A stretch of DNA of 64,000 bases, taken from positions 393,018,001 to 393,082,000 of the forward strand of contig OZ024740.1 in the NCBI GenBank assembly GCA_964016885.1. Reading direction: 5' to 3'. Within the stretch, counting starts at the first letter, position 1. Every line of letters starts with the position of its first letter. The notes under the pieces are model-generated. The model saw nothing but the letters and a program-made list of their open reading frames with translations. It did no database searches and was not told where the DNA came from. Source of the DNA: Eledone cirrhosa (taxonomy: Eukaryota). Positions 55,531 to 64,000 of the stretch are shown in pieces. A program made the position numbers and the translations under genes.

Positions 55531-55801
55531 ATATATATATTATGTATATATATATATATATATATATACATGCACATACATATATATCTGTAAAACATGC
55601 TGTGAAAATCAAAAGTGTGAGTCAAAGGTTACTTAACCTTGAAAATTGAAACACTTCCTAAATGTCAATGTGTCTATATAAAAATAACACAACACCATAC
55701 TTTGACCTGTTTATCTGTGTATTAGTTGCCCTTATCTTTTTGTATAGTTTGAATCCCCTGCATATCTCACACATAGATGTACAAGACTCAATACATGCAG
55801 T

Positions 55802-56055
55802 TCACAAAGCAACTCAATTACAGTGGAGTAGGGGTGGAAGAGTACAGTTGATTGTAGCAAAGGTAAAAACGAACCCCAACAGGATATTAATTCAAAACGT
55901 AGGATAAAATAATTAAACAATAGTGCGGCGCTGTAGTGTTTCTACTATTCCAATAATAATAAATTTGTTTGATGTACAACACTTATACACACGTACATCT
56001 TCTGGTTATCAACTCGACATCATGAGATAAAATGACCTATCTCTCTTGTAAACAA
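55802..56055 (+). repeat. 254-bp direct repeat, copy 2
   Basis: See 50430-50683. Confidence 0.9.
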
Positions 56056-56056
56056 C

Positions 56057-56236
56057 AGAATTCTCTCATCTCTTTCTGTTCAAACTAGCTGCTCATACTG
56101 ATGCTAAGATATTGTTCTCAAAATAAATAATATCAAAATCTCAGATTCGATATTATGTGAGATAATCATCTGAGATAAAGCCTTTACTGCCAAAATACAA
56201 TAGTAAATATAGAGTGATGTAAATGCTAAAGGTTTA
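56057..56236. mobile_element. Partial piggyBac-type MITE
   Basis: Same body as 15588-15791; one TIR. Confidence 0.75.
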
Positions 56237-56364
56237 AATAACACACAAGAACACACAATAGGGTACTTCCTGGTGACTACAGAACATACCTACCAGTTTG
56301 TCCTTATTGATTCCACATATGCCACAAGACCTCCTAATGAAAGGGGTCTGAATAGATATTTCAA

Positions 56365-56804
56365 AACTGCGTTTTTTTTCAATTCTTAGCTCTTTGAGGC
56401 GTTACGTCAGACCGATTTCCTTGAAATTGTAACTATGTATTAGTCAGTCTCTTCTTCATACCGTGAGCAAAGAAAATCCAACTTTTTTATGGCCTAGGTG
56501 AAAAACTTCATTTTTTAAAGCTTTTTAGGGCTTTTTTGAGGCGTTACGTCGAGCCGATTTTCCCGAAATTTGAAGGCATATTATGCATATAAAAAAAAAT
56601 TCATTTTCTTTATCCCCGAGAATCAGGTGAAAACCTGCATTTTTCCTGCTTCATCGAGGAAAATTTTAAAGATTATCCAGCCATCAGAGTATTCGGTTTA
56701 TTTTCTTTACATATTGTCCAAGTATGCAGTTTTTCCACGATTAGGTCTGTTGGCAGCCCACGTTCCAAAATACATTATCCCGTGCAACGCCGGGTACCAC
56801 TGCT

Positions 56805-56806
<2 letters not shown>
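56365..56806 (+). mobile_element. 5'-truncated non-autonomous Helitron (same family as 23575-25125)
   Basis: Ends CCCGTGCAACGCCGGGTACCACTGCTAG|T. Confidence 0.85.
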
Positions 56807-56851
<45 letters not shown>

Positions 56852-56854
<3 letters not shown>

Positions 56855-57543
56855 AGTAAGTATACGTACATACATATATGTATACAGACGTACAGTAGTA
56901 TGTATATATACATACATGCATACATATATATATGTACGTATGGATTCACTGAACATTTATTATAATGCACGGTGTGTTTGTAATCAAACATCCCGAATTA
57001 AACCGTACAGTGTCTAGCAACCAACGTTGCTCATTTGTTTAACACTGACAAAGAAACGCTGTACTAGTTTCAAGCTTATTAGCTATCGTCAGCAACGTAT
57101 ACCTTCCTGCCAGATTGTTGAACGTCTGAAAGTATATACTTTCCTTATGCATATTAACGGCTGAGCAGCCTAATTTGCACATCGAGTGAGTTACTCGGCC
57201 GGGGTACCGAAAACGATAAACGGAACAAAATCAAACGAAACGAAACGAAACAAAACAGTGTTGAACAAATGAGCAACGATGGTTGCTAGACACTGTACGG
57301 CTTAATTCGGGATGTTTATTTACAAACACACCAAGCATTATAATAAATGTTCGGTGAATCCATACGTACATATATGTGTGCATGTATGTATATATATATA
57401 TACATACTACTGTATGTCTGTATACATATATGTATGTACGTATACTTACTTATATTTAAGTAACAGCCGTACTAAGAGTGAGAAATGAAATTTCGTTTCG
57501 TTTCATTTCATCATTTCGTTTCGTTTCATTTTTTTCCGTTTAT
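56852..57543 (-). mobile_element. Non-coding inverted-repeat element carrying a hammerhead motif (PLE pseudo-LTR/retrozyme-like)
   Basis: ~195-bp inverted arms 56852-57047 / 57256-57452; second IR 57217-57250 / 57490-57543; flanked by (TA)n. Confidence 0.65.
57056..57098 (-). ncRNA. Minimal type I hammerhead ribozyme motif
   Basis: ACGUUG-CUGACGA-U-AGCU-AAUA-AGCU-U-GAAA-CUAG-UA-CAGCGU: 6-bp stem I, intact core, palindromic stem III (ACUAGU), GUA site. Confidence 0.75.
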
Positions 57544-57765
57544 ATATATATATATTTTGTTTCTGAATTTGTTTAGCAAGATTCTTTATCTGAAAACGTG
57601 TGCTGAAACCGATATTGTTATACTTTGGGAGGGTCATGTTGCCAATAAGAAACACACGCACCAGTTGCTTTCACTTCAATTTATTATAATAAATTTATAA
57701 ATTTAGGAATTTATAAATTTCCGGTTGGTTGGTTGGTTCCACAACCAGATGGTTGTTTATATATT

Positions 57766-57808
57766 GTCAAAGTTCTTTCGTCACACATTCTGTGACCTCT
57801 TCAGTGAC
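57766..57808 (-). ncRNA. Minimal hammerhead-like motif in PLE pseudo-LTR
   Basis: GUCA-CUGAAGA-G-GUCACA-GAAUG-UGUGAC-GAAA-GAAC-UU-UGAC. Confidence 0.65.
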
Positions 57809-60702
57809 TGGGGATTCTTTTCTTTGTTTTTGTGCCTCTCCTTTGTTCTGTCCTACGCCATCTTGTTTCTGTGTGTGTCTTGTGTGCTCAGTCTGCGCAT
57901 GCGCCACATCCGGGTGTCTGTGTGTGTGTTTATATTCGTTTATTTATTTGTTTATTTACATGTTATTGGTTGGTTGTTTGTTCTATGTGCATGTGTGTTT
58001 TCATTTTGTCCTTAATTGTAAGTTGTGATGTTGCTGTTCCACTCATGTTTTCTATTTAATTTTGGTTGTAATTCTTTTATGTTTATTGCCTCTGTGATTT
58101 GTCTAAACATTGCGTCTTTTCTGTGTGTAGATTCTATTTTTATTTCTATGTTCTCTAATTTACCCGTATGTTCTATTTTAGCATGTTGGTAGAGTACAGA
58201 TGATTCTTTACTGTCTTGAAGGTCTCGCCAGTGTTCATTTATCCGTTCCCTTACACTACGAGCTGTCTCACCTATGTACACTATATTTTTATCTCTACAT
58301 TGTCCTTCAGTACATCTTGTGCTATATACTACATTTCTAGTTTTACAGTTAATATGGGGGCTTAATTTACAGGTTATACATTTCTTATCTATACAGGAGG
58401 GTCTTTGAAAAGGGTATGTCTTGCTAATAAGTGTTTTTTATGGAGGTACCTGGTCTTTCTACTATCTTAATATTGAGTTTATGTTTATCTAGGGCCCTTC
58501 TAAATTTGTAAGTTAATTCACCTCTAGGGGTTGTATCGATGAACAGTACACTCTGGTATTTATTGCTATCATACCATGAATTTATTCTATTAGCCTTATT
58601 CCTAGTTCTTTCAATTCTATTCCAAAATTTTCTCCTATACAAGGGGCAGGTCTCATTTGTGTCATTATTTACCATTTTTTCCCATTTGGTTCTGGCTCCT
58701 CTATACACTCTGATTTTATCTCTCTGATTGTAACCAGAGAACTGCATACGGTGGATGAAGTGTACATCAGCAGAATCGGCGAGAGTAACCAATCTAGGGA
58801 CCTAACAAACTGCATAATAGGTAGTATGGATGTTGTGTCCCTGTATCCATCTATTGACGTGGATTTTGCTGTGGAGAAATACGTAGAAATGATCAGTGAG
58901 AGCAATGTTGAGTTCCGTGGGATTGATACCAGTGAGCTGGGACTCCTACTTAAACTTACCTATAGTAATAATTACCTAGACACATATGACCTTAGCAACC
59001 TGTGCCCTACAAGACCAACAAGAGGCAGACCACCTACCATTACCTCAATGGCCAAGAAAACCCACACAGATAGATGGAACGGGTGGACCAGAGCCATACG
59101 GACACCCGAAAACCACGATGAACTGAAGAAAATGATTGTACATGCGGTAGGGGCCAGCATAAAACTAACCCTTAAGGAACATATGTTCAAATTTAATGGA
59201 AAAACATATGCCCAAGAGGAGGGAGCAGCCATTGGTGTTAGCATTGCAGGTGACATAGCTAACTTATTCATGGTATGGTGGGACAGTAGACTTAAACTTA
59301 AACTTAAAGAACAATTAGAAGACCCCTTAACCCTGGGGTTACGGCTGTTACTTAAATGTACTCCCGCTACGTTGATGATATAAACATCGTAGTTAAAACA
59401 CCCCCACTAGAGAACAGTCAGAAACAGAGAGAAACACGATGGAAAGCATCCAGCAAATAGCTAACTCCATCCACCAACCAGAGTATTAGAGTTACTATAG
59501 ACTACCCAAACAAACACCCCAACCATCGATTATCTGTACTAGACACAGAGCTCTGGTTAGATACCATTAATAACAAAAAACAAATCCTCCATTCCCATTA
59601 TGCCAAACCCATGACTTCCAAATATCTGATCCACCGAAACTCAGCTGTTTCGGACCATACCAAAATCAACATACTGATTGCGGATTTGGTACGGGTGATG
59701 AGAAACGTGTCCCGCATGTGCAACCCCGAAGAACTAGAGAGACACATACAACACTTCATCCACCGTATGCAGTTCTCTGGTTACAATCAGAGAGATAAAA
59801 TCAGAGTGTATAGAGGAACCAGAACCAAATGGGAAAAAATGGTAAATAATGACACAAATGGGACCTGCCCCTTGTATAGGAGCAAATTTTGGAATAGAAT
59901 TGAAAGAACTAGGAATAAGGCTAATAGAATAAACTCATGGTATGATAGCAATAAATGCCAGAGTGTAATGTTCATCGATACAACCCCTAGAGGTGAATTA
60001 ACTTACAAATTTAGAAGGGCTCTAGATAAACATAAACTCAATATTAAGATAGTAGAAAGACCAGGTACCTCCATAAAAACACTTATTAGCAAGAGATACC
60101 CTTTTCAAAGACCCTCCTGTATAGATAAGAAATGTATAACCTGTAAATTAAGCCCCCATATTAACTGTAAAACTAGAAATGTAGTATATAGCACAAGATG
60201 TACTGAAGGACAATGTAAAGATAAAAATATAGTGTACATAGGCGAGACAGCTTGTAGTGTAGGGGAACGGATAAATGAACACTGGCGAGACCTTCAAGAT
60301 AGTAAAGAATCATCTGTACTCTACCAACATGCTAAAATAGAGCATAAGGGTAAATTAGAGAACATAGAAATAAAAATAGAATTTACACACAGAAAAGACG
60401 CAATGTTTAGACAAATCACAGAGGCAATAAACATAAAAGAATTACAACCAAAATTAAATAGAAAACATGAGTGGAACAGCAACATCACAACTTACAATTA
60501 AGGACAAAATGAAAACACACATGCACATAGAACAAACAACCAACCAATAACATGTAAATAAACAAATAAATAAACGAATATAAACACACACAGACACCCG
60601 GATGTGGCGCATGCGCAGACTGAACACACAAGACACACATAGAAACAAGATGGCGTAGGACAGAACAAAGGAGAGGCACAAAAACAAAGAAAAGAATCCC
60701 CA

Positions 60703-60745
60703 GTCACTGAAGAGGTCACAGAATGTTTGACGAAAGAACTTTGAC
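60703..60745 (+). ncRNA. Minimal hammerhead-like motif in PLE pseudo-LTR
   Basis: Same as 57766-57808 with one stem II mismatch. Confidence 0.6.
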
Positions 60746-60898
60746 AATATATAAACAACCATCTGGTTGTGGAACCAACCAACCAACCGGAAATTTATAA
60801 ATTCCTAAATTTATAATTTATAAATTTATTATAATAAATTGAAGTGAAAGCAACTGGTGTGTGTGTTTCTTATTGGCAACATGACCCTCCCAAAGTAT

Positions 60899-60970
<72 letters not shown>

Positions 60971-61037
60971 ATATATATAATAATAAAATTGTGTACAGTG
61001 CTCAGGTGCACTACTGATGCATATATATATATATTAT

Positions 61038-61232
61038 AATAATAATTGTTTCTACTTTAGGCACAAGGCCAGCTAATTATCCAGTGCATTACTGGTACTT
61101 TATTTTATCGACCCCGTAAGGATGAAAGGCAAAGTCAACCTCGGCGGGATTTGAACTCAGATCGTAAAGGGACGTAACTATGCTGGAAAGCATGGCGACC
61201 GACCCTCTACCGATACTGCCAATCCACGGCCC
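61038..61232 (-). mobile_element. tRNA-derived SINE (major family)
   Basis: A/B boxes and conserved body. Confidence 0.85.
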
Positions 61233-61739
61233 TATATATTATAATAATAATGAAATTATTGTGTATAGTGTACATATATGTAGTTAATAAACGAAACAAA
61301 CAAAACACAAGGGTCAATTTTACAGTTATATTAGGTTCATGCTTTTATATGCGTGCGTAAAGGAGAGAGAGAGAAAGAGAGATAAATTCGCCCAACCATA
61401 GTTGATCTAGGGGTGGGGGTGGTTAAACTACATTTATCTCCCTTTAGACATTCTGAGTTGTCTCCCTTTGGTTTTTCAAGTTCTTAGAATGTTTTATTTC
61501 TAGTAGCATATTCAGGTCACCGAATTATATTACATAATACATAATATTAAAACGTAACTACTATTACATTTATGCCTCAGATCTTATAGAGGTAACTACT
61601 AGATATTTTGAGGGAAATTTACTGACGCCTATCGATAAAAGTACAATGTAAGCTACGTTCTTTTTATTTTATTGGTCGATTTGTTTACTTTGCTTTCATT
61701 CTCATTTCTAACTTTACGAGTCACCCGCTTTGTTTTTAA

Positions 61740-61900
61740 CCCTTTAGCATTTGCATTACTCTATATTTACTATTATATTTTCATTGTAAAGGCTTTATCT
61801 TACATAATTATCTCACATAATATCGAATCTATGAGATTTTGATGTTATTTATTTTGAGAACAATACCGTAACGTCAGTATGAGTAGCCAGTTATGGCCAA
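61740..61900. mobile_element. Partial piggyBac-type MITE
   Basis: TTAA-ccctttagcattt + family body. Confidence 0.75.
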
Positions 61901-62706
61901 ACAGGGGTGATATATATATATATATCTTAGAAGTTTCTCTAATGAATTTTCGTTCTTGAAGTTATTTGATTATATTTAATTTATGAATATTTTTTCAATG
62001 AAATTTCGGTTATCTAAGGGGAAGTTGTCGAATGATAATACATCGTAAATTTTACTTGGTTTGAAAGTTGTTGGTATCATTTAACCAACATACTTTATTG
62101 TCAGCGAGAAATGAAATAAGAAGTAAATAGATATCTATCAATGTCAAACAGGCACCACATCGTTTTGGTCTTTTATTTACGAAATAAACAGTTGGCTCGT
62201 TTTTTTAATAAAATTTCATAATTCAATTAGAAGTTTTTGAAGTACGAGCCGTCACTCTCAAATGGTTTTGAAATACATACATGTACTATAACCTTTTTGT
62301 TTATGAAAGGTTTCATCTCATCTTATTTTGCTATCCCCGTCAGTAACTGACGTAATTTACTCTTGTGACCAGGTGTTGCTTTGGGAGAGACTTTAGCACA
62401 TCGTAATTCCTTCTTCCACCCACATCAGGCATTAAACCTATGTAAGAAAACAAATAATAATGGAACTACATAAACGCCACATTTTCTCATTCCATACACC
62501 AATAAAGACGAGGTTTTCTTTCACTTTGTAACGAAGTTGTTGCTTAGCTCCAGACAGCTCTTATCATTTTTGGATGTGCAGGCGTTCATAATTTTCCGAC
62601 AAAAATGCCTAATTTTAGAGAATACACTGGGAGCATTTTTTGCGACACCCTCATAACCACTTTATTGACTATGAAGGCAGCAACACTAACAATTTATAAG
62701 GTGTAC

Positions 62707-62764
<58 letters not shown>

Positions 62765-62793
62765 AATCACATGAATCAAAGTATTATCCTTAA

Positions 62794-62842
<49 letters not shown>

Positions 62843-63074
62843 AATATATTGACAGTTGTAGAAAAAGGAATAGACAAGAAAAATGGAGATTATATGATAT
62901 TGATAATATGAAAAAAATATAAACTTATTTTGAAACTTCAAATTTACCACCTTTTTTAAAAACGGAATTTTAAATGAAAATAATAACGTAGAATACGAAT
63001 ATGTCATATTTATGCGTTCTTTGTATAAAACAAGAAATACGCTATATAAGATGTTTAAGTCTAAAGTCTGTCTT

Positions 63075-63277
63075 AAGCCAGCGGGCTCATTTGGCCGGTG
63101 CTTATCACGGTTTCACGGGGTGAAGCGACTGAGAGTACAATACTCCTCCCCACGACAGGACCTCAGTCCATCGCAGGGTTAAACCCCCAGTCATTTTCAG
63201 CTGAGTATACTGGAGCAACTCAGGAATCGATCCTACGACATTATAATCGTAAGTTCAACACCCTTACCACTAAACCT
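63075..63277 (-). mobile_element. tRNA-derived SINE (third family)
   Basis: Minus: GGTTTAGTGGTAAG (A box), GGATCGATTCC (B box), tail AGTCGCTTCA..GAAACC..GATAAGC. Confidence 0.6.
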
Positions 63278-63448
63278 CTAAAAACCCAAACGGGGAGAAC
63301 CACGGAGAAAAAGTGCTCCAAAACGGGGCGAAATGAGGCAAAATGGTCAATTTTACATTATGAAAGCTATACCCATTTTCACAAGAGAAGACATCCACCC
63401 CAAAGTGGGTGGGAGATTTCCGCGTCCGACGGAGAGAGTACAGGCCTG

Positions 63449-63997
63449 TAATAATTGTTTCTACGTTTGGCACAAGGCCAGCAATCACCCAGTGCATTAC
63501 TGGTACTTTATTTTATCGACCCCGTAAGTATGAAAGGCAAAGTTAACCTCAGCGGGATTTGAACTCAGAATGGCAAGGGCCGTAACTCTATACGTCAAAG
63601 CATGGCGTCCGACTCTCTACCGATACTGCCAATCCACCGCCTGTAATAATTGTCAAGGATCATGTTATGCACAGCAATCATTTGGATTGGCAGTGTCGGA
63701 AGAGGGTCGGACGCCATGCTTTGACGCATAGTTACGGCCCTTGCCAGCTGCACCTCTCACGCCATTGGGTCCAGATCAGCTCTGATCTAGTAGACATGAT
63801 TAATGGCATTCTTGTCATTTTAAAGGTGTCTCCGATTACATTATTTATTACTTTGACGCATTGAGTTACGGCCATTCTTGGTTCAAATCCCGCCGAGGTT
63901 AACTTTGCCTTTCATCCTTACGGGGTTGATAAAATAAAGTACCAGTAATACACTAGGTAATTGCTGGCCTTGTGCCAAAAAAGTAGAAACAATTATT
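63449..63997. mobile_element. Inverted pair of major-family tRNA SINEs
   Basis: 63449-63641(-) with TSD-like TGTAATAATTGT; 63684-63997(+) interrupted by ~105 nt. Confidence 0.85.
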
Positions 63998-64000
63998 TAT

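Larger units (their letters stand above)
57555..60907. mobile_element. Penelope-like element (RT + C-terminal GIY-YIG), 5'-truncated, with an inverted partial copy
   Basis: Plus 58764-60907: SMDVVSLYPSI, GAAIG..IANLFM..WD, RYVDD, NVVY..C..C..YIGET..ERINEH..EA.NI; minus 57555-58763 duplicates the 3' part. Confidence 0.93.

Noticed and set aside
50430-56055. Direct repeats as LTRs of an LTR retrotransposon
   Set aside because: No TG..CA termini, PBS, PPT or gag/pol/integrase between them
57725-58059. Hydrophobic ORFs duplicated at 60454-60786
   Set aside because: Antisense readings of the A-rich pseudo-LTR
58751-58790. Start of the 210-aa ORF and of the 122-aa antisense ORF as real N-termini
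   Set aside because: Both span the PLE inversion junction at 58763/58764

Overview
AT-rich, repeat-dominated animal genomic DNA; the SINE/LINE repertoire and huge (TA)n tracts suggest an octopod cephalopod (inference). The only host gene is the 3' part of SNX13 (8 exons, 151-10195, +, all GT-AG and in phase). The rest is mobile DNA: Tc1/mariner fossils, piggyBac- and hAT-type MITEs, a composite Helitron, tRNA-SINEs, RTE LINEs (one near full length with a PHD-like finger inside the RT), a CRE-like fragment, and a ~20 kb compound (TA)n satellite (30.1-50.3 kb, one 200-N gap). The satellite holds a near-intact CR1/L2-group LINE. The right end carries a Penelope-like element cluster. Best leads: (1) the CR1/L2-group LINE appears to express ORF2 by -1 ribosomal frameshifting (U UUU UUA in the ORF1 frame, an adjacent ~80-nt stem-loop, and no AUG before the endonuclease), and its ORF1 is an unusual Myb/SANT + CCCH protein; (2) two unrelated minimal hammerhead-ribozyme families at 55-61 kb, one in a non-coding inverted-repeat element. 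All calls were made by eye. Boundaries of decayed repeats are approximate, and no database search or folding program was run.
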